A stretch of 64,000 bases of DNA from Octopus bimaculoides. Its lineage: Eukaryota. The stretch lies in the NCBI RefSeq assembly GCF_001194135.2, contig NC_068997.1, positions 10,676,642 through 10,740,641 of the forward strand, in the 5' to 3' direction. How positions within the stretch are numbered: the first letter of the stretch is position 1; the number at the start of each line of letters is the position of its first letter. Positions 1 to 10,896 of this stretch are shown piece by piece. The translations under genes and the position numbers were made by a program. The notes beneath the pieces were generated by a model. That model was not told the DNA's origin. It did not search any database and saw nothing but the letters and a program-made list of their open reading frames with translations.

Positions 1-46
<46 letters not shown>

Positions 47-226
47 AGTATATATGTATGTATATATATAAATATATATATATCAGTGTGTATGTATGTG
101 TGTGTGTATGTGTGTGTATATGTATGGTTCTGTATATGTGCATATGTATATATACACACAGATACATTCACATCACAAAAACGTACACACATAGATATAT
201 ATACATATATATGCATATATATGCAC

Positions 227-230
<4 letters not shown>

Positions 231-311
<81 letters not shown>

Positions 312-319
312 CACACACA
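231..319. repeat. (CA)n microsatellite; (TA)n at 1-40
   Basis: Direct reading. Confidence 0.95.
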
Positions 320-1679
320 TGCGAGTGGAACCTTATAAGTGGTAAATATCCAAGCGAGGTTTATACCGCAGGCTTTTCTTCTGGTCAAGGTTATCTTGAT
401 TGAAAATATATACAAGAGTGTGTGCTGAAAGAATCCTGGCTTTGGATTAAAGAAAACACAGGAGGATCAATTAATTATGATTTTATTCAACATACTTTGT
501 AGGAGGATGTTTTTGTTACATGTTGTTATTGTTTTTATTGAATAAAATTTGTTGACAAAAACCGCAATAATTATGCACCAACGCAATATATATGTATGTA
601 TATGTAAATATGTATATCATTATATGTAAATATATATGCCTGTATGCATATGTGTGTGTTCATCCCCCTACCCTCACATCCACAGAGTAACATATATGTC
701 TACATATATTAATGATAAAGTAGGTACTTACACATGTAGCACTTCCTTTAGGGATAGGAGTTCTAAAAATCTTGTGCTTATACTCTGATCCGTCATTGCT
801 GCATCTTTTTAGTTATTCAATTTTAGTAATGAAAACATTTATTATTTACAAACGGTTTTAGAAAGTTGCTGAGGAAATCTTGAATTTTGGCTTAAGGAAT
901 CTGCAAACTCTTCAGGATTGTGGTTTTGTTTGGATTATAGAAGAGGGCTGCTTGAAATCAAAGTATTTAAACAAATGCCATATTGACATTGCTATTTTTA
1001 TTGAAATTCACTTTTGCTGGGGACGCTCGACTGGAAAACATAAGGAGACACAGTTTTTATTGGATACGTGAAGAAGAAATGAATCGATGCAATCTGGTGT
1101 TCTGTTTGTAATAGAAGACAAAAACAAACTACTAGTTCGAAACAACTATCATCATTTCGCTAATGTCTAAGGGATGAGATTATAATCTTAAATGTATGTC
1201 TGAATGAGTGTGGAATGCTTAATATTTAGTAAGCTGCCAAGCTCTGAAAATGTGATGTATTGATGACAAGTTCCTAATCTTAGGGTATTTGGAATATCGA
1301 GGGAGATTTTGATAACATAAACATTCTGGTGTAACTAGAAAACACGGTGAAAGATAGCCTGTTGTCCTTTTATAATGCACTTTACCAGTGTCCTCTGAAA
1401 ATGTTCTAGAAACTACCAAATAACCATAAAACAACATAAATACGTCTTCTGTCAGTGGTTGGCATTTAATTGATTACACAATCAACAAAAAGAAAGATAA
1501 AAAATGTTCTTTTCCCTCGTTTATTTCATATCATATGTGAGCTGTCAGATTACACCTGTTGCACAGAAAAGTATCTTTCAGGATTTCAGGAAAGTAATGA
1601 CGTTAAATACCAAAGTTGAGGATAAGAAGCGTTAACTCTGCCAAATGTAAATATTACAGAAAATACTGCAAGAATCTTG

Positions 1680-3750
1680 CAGGTACCTCAAAGAAGCGAT
1701 ATACCCTGCTTTGTTTGAGATGCATAGAGGGCCTGATTGTAAACTGAGGAATTCGTTGACCAAGAATGACCTTGTAATTAAGTCTCCTTTAGATAGATTT
1801 CTAACTGATGCTCTAGTACATCTCAGGCAACATGGCCATTATATACAATAGTCACTAAAGAGGTTATATCCCAGGCAGAAGGGTTATCGTATACAATATT
1901 TCAAACTATACACGAAAACAAGATCAATGCTAAAATCGTAGCATTTCTTTGTGCTAAAATGACATGCATAAAATTTCTTTAAGATGTGGGAAAGCAAGGC
2001 CAGTGGGATCCAGTCTGCACAGATAGCATGGCTAAAGATATTCAATGAAGGTCTGAATAATATCTATGGGTTATACATCTGTAGTTCCTCTCGTATCTTG
2101 ACATCTAGTAGTACAAATCTGCTGAATGGAAAGAAAAAGTGAAATGTTAAAAAGACGGATGTAAGCACATTGAAGTTGTTTCGCATACAGGTTTATAATG
2201 TTTTAATATATCCTTTCATAAGACCTACAAAGAGCATAATTAGTGCAATATGCATATAAACCTATATTTAATGAAGATCATGCAACGTCTAAACGAATGG
2301 AGTCTCGGAAATCTCCGACTCAAAATGATATGCTTCTTGAAGGCGATAAATATGTTGATATGAAACTGAGTCATAAACTCTTAGCACATCAAGATGGAGC
2401 GACATGCATGACTTTCAGAATTCGAAACCTCCCTGAAACATCTTCCCAAATACAAAAGCAGTAAATTAACTTGTGATAGCCATCTTCTTTGTACTGCCAG
2501 TAAAATCATTGCTCTTTTTATACTACACAAACCGATCATTCTTCATATAGAGAGGAAAAACAATTACTCTAGAATCAAGGGTGGTTGTAGGTAAAGGTAG
2601 AGGTTAATTATCATAAAATACTCTCGGAGACACGTTGCGGGAAATGTACGATAGAAAACTAGGGATTTAATAATTTAATCCGGTAAACCGAAGGCTGTTT
2701 GGGAGTATCAAAAGAAAATCTGAGTAGCTGATAATAAGCAAAACATTGATATATGCTATCAGATACTCTAGTTACATGAGAATATCAGAAGTGTAGTAAT
2801 TTCAAGAAAGAAACCTCTTAATATTTTGCCGTCAGAAATAGTCGTAAGCAAGATTGCTTTTTGATATTTTTGTTTACTCTTGGGTTGTCAGTTACTTGAT
2901 TGCACTTTTAAAGATTGCAGTCAGGGAGTAAAATTTGCATCCTGTGCTAGTGTAGGGAGGGTTGTTTAATCACTACAGATTCAAAGTGAAAATACTTAAT
3001 ACAAGATCCAACCCTGATATGTTACTGATGATGCAGCGCTTATGACATCTTTTGAAGGAGTTCAATTAACTGTTGAATGCTACTCGCCTGCTCTTCATGC
3101 CTTTTGTCTCACCACAAGCTGAAAGGAAACAGAAGCAATTCACTATCCTAAGCAAACCACTAATCAAAGTAATGGAGTAAATTTCACCCAGGCTGCCCGT
3201 ACTTTTCGAACAAATCCTAAAAGTCGATTATCTAAAATTGTAGAAGAATTACTGCAAAAGCTTAAATAGATGGCGAGATTCTGAATAGGTCATCAAAAGC
3301 AAGGAAGTGGCTTCTTTGTTAAATTGCAGCATCGCATCCAAAGTGAGAAAGTTTATCTGAAGTTGAAAATTATTTTACTCTCGAACCGTTGTATTTTCTG
3401 ATTTACTTTATGGCTCTGATACAGATTCATTCTAGATCAATAAGATACTTTGCATAAATGTTGCTTTCGTGGTACCTGCGGGTTTATCGAAAATTCGGAT
3501 GATAAATACTTTCTAAAAGTTTTCCCGTACAACTTCAAAATGATGCATGAAATGTTGGGCGAAATCTCTGAAGATACACGATAAACTGAAATTAAATTTA
3601 TCTGATTGAAATCTTTCAAAAGAATAATATAGAATCGCTAATTAGGGAGATAACCGTCAGAATTTAATAAAAGATTTTGAGTCTTCAAAGTAAGACAAGC
3701 TAACAGAAAACATGGAGAAGCTAGAATTTGAATCAAACTAGTCACCAGTT
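1680..3750 (+). mobile_element. Ancient RTE-clade (BovB-like) LINE relic: end of AP endonuclease, linker, RT and thumb, heavily frameshifted
   Basis: Collinear motifs read across frameshifts: RGPDC (~1735; cf. RGADC), IFNEGLNNIYG...ILTSSSTNLL (~2040-2130), RKSPTQ (~2305; cf. KAPG), LCTASKIIA (~2490), ES(Q)GGCR-KGRG (~2570-2600; cf. ESQCGFRxGRG), FAVRNSRKQDCFL (~2826; cf. NGVKQGCVL), YVTDDAALM...LHAFCLTTS*KETE (~3020-3135; cf. FADD...FGLTISxKKTE), DGEILNRSSKA (~3270), TVVFSDLLYGSDT (~3387). Confidence 0.75.
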
Positions 3751-4042
3751 TTCTCCGATTGCGCTGTGAGAAATGAAGATTGTGTCATTGTTTATAGATC
3801 TAACGCTGGTTTGATATTTCCCAAAAGACACAGACATTAGTTAACGGAGTGAATGATTGAGTGGAATCTCAAGCGTAGAAACCGAGAAGAGAGTATGTAT
3901 GTATGTATGTATGTACATGTGTGCGTGTATGTATGTATGTATGCACATGTGTGCGTGTATGTAGGTATCTGACAGTCTGTCTGTTCCGTTCTGTCTGTCT
4001 ATTTCTCTTTCTTTCTAGGTATGTATGTATACATCTGTCTGC

Positions 4043-4043
<1 letters not shown>

Positions 4044-4100
<57 letters not shown>
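4044..4100. repeat. (TATC)n microsatellite; similar tracts at ~5780-5822 (GATA), 6797-6868, ~30558-30613 and ~43401-43490 (TGTC + TATC)
   Basis: Direct reading. Confidence 0.95.
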
Positions 4101-4102
<2 letters not shown>

Positions 4103-4409
4103 ATATCTCGTTAGCTAACTTGCTAACCTCATAAGAATATTTAACAACGACCTATATATGTTTCTCATAAGAGAAAAGTTACAAACGGGAAGCAAATGTC
4201 AAATAAAGGACTCTACCTAGAAAGTAAATATTTACTGAAACCAATCACAACAGGCGGTCAAATGTATCGATTTTATGAGCTCTTCTACCGATCTTTAATT
4301 TGTCAAAAGTGACTAAATACGACATGCGAGGAGTATTTGAAGATCTGTAATTATCGTTATATTGCCCCCTTCAAAATAATTAAAAGTTTTTTTTTTCTCT
4401 TTCAGATAC

Positions 4410-5588
4410 CATATGATAAAATACTAACAAAAGAAATCAAAAGACCTGCAGCTATTGTTGTCATATGAGCAGAATACAACGATTCAGAAAGTGCTTACTT
4501 TCTAAATGCGCGTGGCAAAATCTTTTGCACACAAATTTCGGATGGAATTAGAGACCACTGGCAGGAATGTTTCAACTGTATCACATAGAAAGAAACACTC
4601 TAAATCATTCAGACTTTATAACAACACTGCAATTCATCCAACCGTTTCAATGCATTATGGATGATTATTCCGGAAGTCCAATGAAGATCATCGCAAAAGA
4701 ACTTCTGGTGCTCGATCGGATTATCAAAATAATGGTGCACGAGGACTTTCGCTCCAAGTCATGTGTACTGATCGTATGTGTTAAGGAGAGGCCGATTCAT
4801 GCCTTCAAACATATAGGGAGGCCGTTTGGTCCGTACCAAGCGGTTGCATAATAACTATAAAGGCCTTCACAAACATAGCATGCTTTGGTTCTTTGATGCT
4901 AAAAACTTCGACCAAACTAAAGTCCAACAGGAAAAATGACAGATGGTCATGTGCAACGCCTGATATTCTCTGAGTAACGCACACTAAGTTTCTATCAATT
5001 GTGAATGTTTTAGGAGAGGTGAGTAAGGAAGATCATGTCACAACACTTCACATCATTCCACAGAGTCTTAGAATTAACGCTACTGGATACGTTGATGAGA
5101 CAATTGCTAAGCCTTTGATTGATGAAATACGCAATGGTAAGTGGCGAGTTTTATTCCAATAGGACTCTTCGCCTTCTTAAAAATCTACATAATCCGAGAA
5201 TGGATGTCAGACGAACGCTACGATGTTGTAACACTAAACTTTTGACCTCTACACTCGCTCGATTTAGATCCAATAGGCCACTACGTTTGGGGCGTTGCTG
5301 TAAGAGAAGGTAATGGGCATCGCCACAGTACCAATAGTTTCACTGAAGAGCTCCATTGTCCAGGAGATATCCGAAATGAATACAGACCATTTAGTACAGG
5401 CATGTCAACGATTCGGGTCCTGCAATGAAGCATTCATCTAAGCTGAATGTGTATTCATAAAATAATCGTATAGGAAAACTGACCGGAAATGTGCACAAAT
5501 GTTTATTAAAATACATTTGGGTTTTCCAAGATTGGAGAAATTTTATTAAATTACCAAATATGTTCTCAAATAGCTGTCGCTCCCTGTA
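4410..5588 (+). mobile_element. Degenerate DD37D (maT/Bmmar1-like) Tc1/mariner-superfamily transposon
   Basis: KRPAAIVVI (HTH start), KIIAKELLV...MVHEDFRSKS (ORF 4567-4851), MLWFFDAKNFDQ (cf. WFFSDEKNFDQ), HTKFLSIVNVLGEVSKEDHV...LRINA, FQ*DSSPS*KS, and REWMSD...F*PLHSLDLDPIGHYVWGV. The second D to the third catalytic position spans 37 residues once a 1-nt indel is allowed. Right end ...GCTCCCTG|TA resembles a CAGGG-type TIR with a TA target; the left TIR was not found. Confidence 0.8.
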
Positions 5589-5859
5589 TAGACTTGCGTT
5601 AGAAAAAAGGCTCTTGAAAAGTAAATAGCGCAGGACTAAGGTATTTAAAAATAAGAGCTCTGGCGAAACGGAAGATATGCGAATATTAAGTTTAAAATAT
5701 CGTGGAAAAGTAGTAACTGAAAGATACCGTTTTCTTTAATATATACATAAATAGAAAGCGGTATTTTGAAGATCAAGGAGATAGATAGATAGATAGATAG
5801 ATAGAGATAGATAGATAGATAGAGAAAGAGAGAGAGAGAGAGAGGGAGATAGAGAGAGA

Positions 5860-6630
5860 GAGAGAGAAGGTGAGAAAAGAGGAAAATACAGAAGTCTCAG
5901 CGGGATATTTTATACAAGTAAACAAAAGGTGCAGGTGAAAGAAGAGGGAAGACCATAAAACAGGAGCAGAAAAATGAAAAGGGGAAGGAAAACAACTGAG
6001 CAAAATGTAAATTATAACAATAATGAATAGTTAATAAGAGGTAAAATAAGTTCAGGAAAAAATATTATGAACAAAATCGATCTATAATACACAGTATATC
6101 AAAGTTAAGATAAATATTAATAAGCAAAGGAAAACAGATCGTTATACTTATGCATACCAAATTATAAATAAATAGATGCAGGTGGGCGCGCATACACACA
6201 CATAGGCACACACACACACATATATACATACATAAATATGTGTGTGTGTAATTTACGTGTATGCTTAAATTTTTTATGTATTCCTTCGTATGTCAGCGTA
6301 TAACGCAGCGTTCGACTTTGTTTACCGATTTAATATTTAATATCTTAACTTTGATATACTGTGTATGATGGATCGATTATATTCATAACAATATTTTTTC
6401 TGAACTTTATCGCCTTATGATTTATTCATTTTTATATCCGAATGAAGAATGTATTTGCCTTAAATAACAATTTAATCTCTTTTGAGCTCAATTTTCACTT
6501 TTTTACTCTTGAATCATCTTCTCTGTACCCTCTCACTTATCAACAGTTTACTTGAATAAAAGAAAAAAATTGGATGTTTTCGAATTTAATGCTTACTCCC
6601 TCTCATTTTCTCACTTATCCTTTATCTATC
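5860..6630. repeat. Large degenerate inverted repeat (foldback/MITE-like)
   Basis: Arm ~6021-6157 is the reverse complement of ~6290-6432, including ATACACAGTATATCAAAGTTAAGATA. Outer matches: TTTTATACAAGTAAAC (~5908-5923) vs GTTTACTTGAATAAAA (6546-6561, 15/16) and GTGAGAAAA vs TTTTCTCAC. Confidence 0.7.
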
Positions 6631-6795
6631 ACTAAAGTTTTTCAAAAATGAACTCTATTTCTCTGCGAGTTTTACACTACAACCTAATATTCGTGTGTCA
6701 TCCGTTTTAGTCTTATTTTTTAAAAACCTTTCGTTCTTATTTGTTTACCGCCCACATTGTTTGCTCCCCTGAAATATTGTGCTCTCTTTCTCTCC

Positions 6796-6868
<73 letters not shown>

Positions 6869-6944
6869 GCTCATCCGTTTAAATTGATCGTAGGAGCGAC
6901 ACTTTCGACTGTGTATTATGAATCATTGATATATATGCATACAT

Positions 6945-7146
6945 TCGCCATGATAGATCGCTGACCACTATATTTACATTTTTTTCTCTCCTTGTTTCTC
7001 TCCTTGTTTCTCTCTGTGTTCCTTTCAGTAGAAGAGCGTAGGCTCGAAACGTCAAAGACTTTCTCTATTCCCGAGCGTTAAACTAATACATCCATTTGTT
7101 GTTTAAACCACCTGTCTTCGTCTGTTGTTTTTTCGTAAATTCTCCC
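6945..7146 (+). mobile_element. Short interspersed repeat carrying a hammerhead-like motif (possible solo PLE pseudo-LTR or non-autonomous element), copy 1
   Basis: Shares CT-rich leader + GAAGAGCGTA(G)GCTCGAAACGTCAAA + CCGAGCGT..AxTAATACATCC with 8914-9065. Confidence 0.65.
7022..7057 (+). ncRNA. Minimal type I hammerhead-like motif with variant core (CAGUAGA)
   Basis: Stem I CTTT/AAAG; core CAGTAGA + extra A; stem II GAGC-gtag-GCTC; GAAAC; GTC cleavage triplet with palindromic ACGT stem III. U4 and A6 deviate from the CUGANGA consensus. Confidence 0.5.
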
Positions 7147-7159
7147 ATACGTACATACA

Positions 7160-7192
<33 letters not shown>

Positions 7193-7204
7193 TGCATGCA
7201 TACA

Positions 7205-7400
7205 TAATCCATTGGAAGAAAGAAAAGGACCTCAACTCTGCATTCAATAAAACAGTGGCCCACAACGTACTTGCATTGCCAGTACTCATACCAACATTAG
7301 AGCGCATTTACAAAAGATGAGATGATGTCACAAGACGAAGTGACGTAGCGTAGAATGATTTCTCCAGGAATATAACCGAGACATCATTAGCGATTTGAGT
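7205..7400 (+). mobile_element. R4/Dong-like RLE LINE internal fragment (RT thumb region)
   Basis: WKKEKDLNSAFNKTVAHNVLALPVLIPT (ORF 7096-7320) resembles KSELxAxNKxxAxNxxAVPVLxxxFG, followed by TKDE in another frame. Confidence 0.45.
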
Positions 7401-8264
7401 TGATGACCCTTCAACTGGTTCTTAACTAATTTGTAAAATTCAGCAACTTTGAATCTACTTTGACAAATATCGTGATTTGAGAAATTTTAGCCGAACAAAA
7501 ATTTTGGACATTAACTGAACATGACAAGTGTTAATATTTATACCCGCAGGACATTATATCTACTCCACTAACTTATACACACACATACAAACATAAATAT
7601 TTATACAAACACACATATATATATACATTCATACACATGTGTGCGTATGTGCTTGTGTAAAAGTAAGTATATATAAATGTATGTATATACCATATTTCTT
7701 GGTGTGTAAGGTGCATTCTTAATTCGAAGACAAAATTTCTTTCTAAAATAAAATCCAAAGATATCAAAACGTTAGACGTATAAACTTACTCAGGCAGTCT
7801 TAATAGGAACGATATGAGCTGATATTATTATATAAAAAACAAACAAACAAACAAACAAACAGGGAAATAAAACAATAATGTGGTTAAAAAGAATTTATAG
7901 GGAAGAAAAATATAATCTTCATGGTTTAAAAATATTACTGTACTGAAAGGAAATTATAACTCATAAAAAATTCCACATCATTGCAACTTCCTACGAAACC
8001 TCAAATTTCGGTAAAATCTCTTTCCATCTAAAATAGACTTCTCACATTCAGCCGGTGACTATATTATGTCCATAACTGAGTATGTAAAATAAACTTGCCT
8101 AATTGCATCCAGTGACTAGAGTATCTCATTTCTCTGCATTTAAAATAAACTCGCCCATTTTTGCCCAGCGACTATGGTGTAGGACTATATTGCATAAACC
8201 AAACGTTTAATATATATTCAAGTGAGTGGAGAAACGAAAAAAAAAAAGCACTAAATGTATTTAG

Positions 8265-8468
8265 ATAGGCCATTAATTTTGAGGCATAGGGTAAGTTGAT
8301 TACTTCGACCCCAGTGCTCAAATGGTACTTATTTTATCGACCCCGAAATGATGAAAGACAAAGTCGACCTAGATGGCAGTTGAACTCAGAATATAAAGAC
8401 GGACGAAATGCCGTTAGGCATTTTGCCCGGCGTGGTTACGATTCTGCCAGCTCGCCGCCGCCGCCTTA
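8265..8468 (-). mobile_element. tRNA-derived SINE family A, near full-length
   Basis: Reverse complement of the family A sequence at 26293-26513: head AAGGCGGCGAGCTGGCAGAATCG, B-box-like GAGTTCAA, central GTCGACTTTGxCTTTCATC..TCGGGGTCGATAAAATAAGTACC. Confidence 0.85.
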
Positions 8469-8863
8469 GTGGGAGTTGTATATATAATTTTGTGAGGTAG
8501 TTCGATTCGGTGCCACCAGCTTCCTTTTCAACCATGCAGTTCGAGAAATTTTCTTTTCTAATACACCCGGTCTCACTGAATTTGTCGACCTCATTTCTAA
8601 CAAAACCGTGTGATCCACCTTGATCAATAGCAACCCATTTTCAAGTTGCCTTCATGGACCTCCCATGCACCTTCATTCGGAAATCTGAGCCTGAATGAGC
8701 CGGGTTTCTGTTAGAAACCTGTGAAACATTAAAGTCACATGAAGTCGAATCGAACTGTTTGAAAGAAAAATAATATTGATCACAATAATAATATGTATTT
8801 AGGAGCATATATTTATATATGGATATATATAAACATTTATGCATATCTATAGTATATGTATGT

Positions 8864-8913
<50 letters not shown>

Positions 8914-8915
<2 letters not shown>

Positions 8916-9065
8916 TTTTTCTCCCAATTTTTTTTTCTCCCAATTTTTTTTTCTCCGTGTTTTTCTCCTTGTCTCCGTATTCTTTCTGTTGAAGAGCGTA
9001 GCTCGAAACGTCAAATACTTTCCGTATTACCGAGCGTCATAATAATACATCCTTTTGTTATTTAC
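8914..9065 (+). mobile_element. Hammerhead-motif repeat, copy 2 (cut by N gap)
   Basis: Homologous to 6985-7100; follows (CA)n and runs into the gap at 9066. Confidence 0.65.
8981..9017 (+). ncRNA. Minimal type I hammerhead-like motif with variant core (CUGUUGA)
   Basis: Stem I TCTTT/AAATA (one mismatch); CTGTTGA + extra A; stem II GAGC-gta-GCTC; GAAAC; GTC. Only A6 (U here) deviates from the core consensus. Confidence 0.55.
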
Positions 9066-9248
9066 NNNNNNNNNNNNNNNNNNNNNNNNNNNNNNNNNNN
9101 NNNNNNNNNNNNNNNNNNNNNNNNNNNNNNNNNNNNNNNNNNNNNNNNNNNNNNNNNNNNNNNNNNNNNNNNNNNNNNNNNNNNNNNNNNNNNNNNNNNN
9201 NNNNNNNNNNNNNNNNNNNNNNNNNNNNNNNNNNNNNNNNNNNNNNNN

Positions 9249-9284
<36 letters not shown>

Positions 9285-9840
9285 TGCTTGTGTGTGTGTG
9301 TGTTCGTAAAGATTTTCTTCCTATGAACAGTTATATCTCGACGTTATAATCTAAGACTCATAATGTTTCATTTTTATTTTTGCTTGGTGATATAACTTTC
9401 CGGAACGATGTTTGTCATGAAAGGTTTATCATAATTACTCCTTCAGATGGTTTTTGGATAAAGTTTCATTTTATATTTTATGTGGCATGCTCCTCTGTTT
9501 GTTGTAATATTTTACTGCCTTTTAAGTCGTTTGTTTCTGCTGTGAAATGTTTGTCTTTTAGGTTTATGGCCATAACTGAAAATTCAACGTCAAGAAAAGA
9601 AATCATAATATTCCATGAATAAACTACAAACAAGCAGAAATATACATTAGGCCAATCGGAACGCAGGTGCAGACATGCTAACAAGTTATAAATGTATTAG
9701 ATGTGGGCTCTGAACAAACTTGCATTTATTTCATTTCTAAGTCAATGTTAAAATGAATATTTGAAAGCCAAGCTAAGAGAAAGTAGTGAAGTACATTTCT
9801 AAATGACCAAAACTGTAATATTAAAGTAGGTTTCAAATTT

Positions 9841-9999
9841 TGGCACAATGCCAGCAAGTTTGGGGGATGGGGTATTTAAATTTTCGACTGCAAAAAGGAT
9901 AAAGGCAAAAAACGACCTGGGTAAAATTTGAACTTGAAACGTAAGGTGAAATGTGCCTAAGCATTTTGCTCAGCATGATTCTGCCAGCTTATCGCCTTG
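9841..9999 (-). mobile_element. SINE family A, degraded with internal deletion
   Basis: AAAGGATAAAGGCAAAAAACGACCT...AATTTGAACT...GATTCTGCCAGCTTATCGCCTT matches the family A reverse complement. Confidence 0.7.
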
Positions 10000-10547
10000 C
10001 TGTAATATCAGCATTGACAGTAAATTTGATAAAAACTTGCTTATTTTCATCATAGTTACGGACATCTGAGTATATGAGGGATTGATGGGAACAACAGAAA
10101 ATTATATACCCTATTCGATTGTTAAAGTGTTTTCATGAACTGGAGATATTGATTTTTTTTTTATCATCAACGGCCATTTCAGCTTTATTTTTAGACAGGC
10201 AATATGGGTAAAATGTTTTATTGTCCGCCTGATTTTTTTTTGCTTCCTTTCAATTTTCTTGCTTTATACAGTTCAGTCAAATTAAACATGTAATGATAAC
10301 AAAAAGTTGTTTTGATGAATAATTCTGGTTGAGTAAGGCAACAGGGTATTACCCTGTAATTAATTTCAGTTACATGAACATTAAATAAAAACAGAATGCA
10401 GTAACGGGTATGATTCTTGGGTGCAGGGTGGCAAATTTCTTCATGTTATCAACTATTAGATGGTATCATCAGAACATAGTTTAATTATTACATTTAATCA
10501 TTAGCTTTTGGAGGATCTGCTACACAGACACACACACACATACACAC

Positions 10548-10668
10548 ACCGAAAGGATAAAAAGCAAAATCGACCTCGACAGAATTTGAACTCAGAAAGT
10601 AGCCACGGGCGAAATACAGCTAAGCGTTTCGTCCAGCGTGCTAACGATTCTGCCAGCTCGCCGCCTTA
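10548..10668 (-). mobile_element. SINE family A, 5' half
   Basis: GAAAGGATAAAAAGCAAAATCGACCTCG..AGAATTTGAACTCAG...GCTAACGATTCTGCCAGCTCGCCGCCTTA. Confidence 0.85.
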
Positions 10669-10676
10669 TTGTTATT

Positions 10677-10710
<34 letters not shown>

Positions 10711-10737
10711 TATATATATATATATATATATATATAT

Positions 10738-10896
10738 TCTTTTATTTTTTACTTGTTTCAGTCATTTCACTGAGGCCATGCTGGAGCACCGCCTTTAATC
10801 GAGAAAATTGACCCCCAGCACTTATTCTTTGTAAGCCTAGTACTTTTTCTATCAGTCGCTTTTGCCGAACCGCTAGAATATACAGGGGGATGTAAA
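10738..10896 (-). mobile_element. SINE family B, 3' part (cut by gap)
   Basis: GTTTCAGTCATTT..CTGxGGCCATGCTGGAGCACxGCC...TTATTCTTTGTAAGCCTAGTACTT is the reverse complement of ~33870-34025. Confidence 0.85.

Noticed and set aside
40-415. ORFs with HT/VC/YI repeats, and all X-containing ORFs elsewhere in the track
   Set aside because: Translations of microsatellites or N gaps, not genes.
4385-4470. Strong splice acceptor suggesting a host exon
   Set aside because: All three frames close quickly and the downstream sequence is the maT transposase start.
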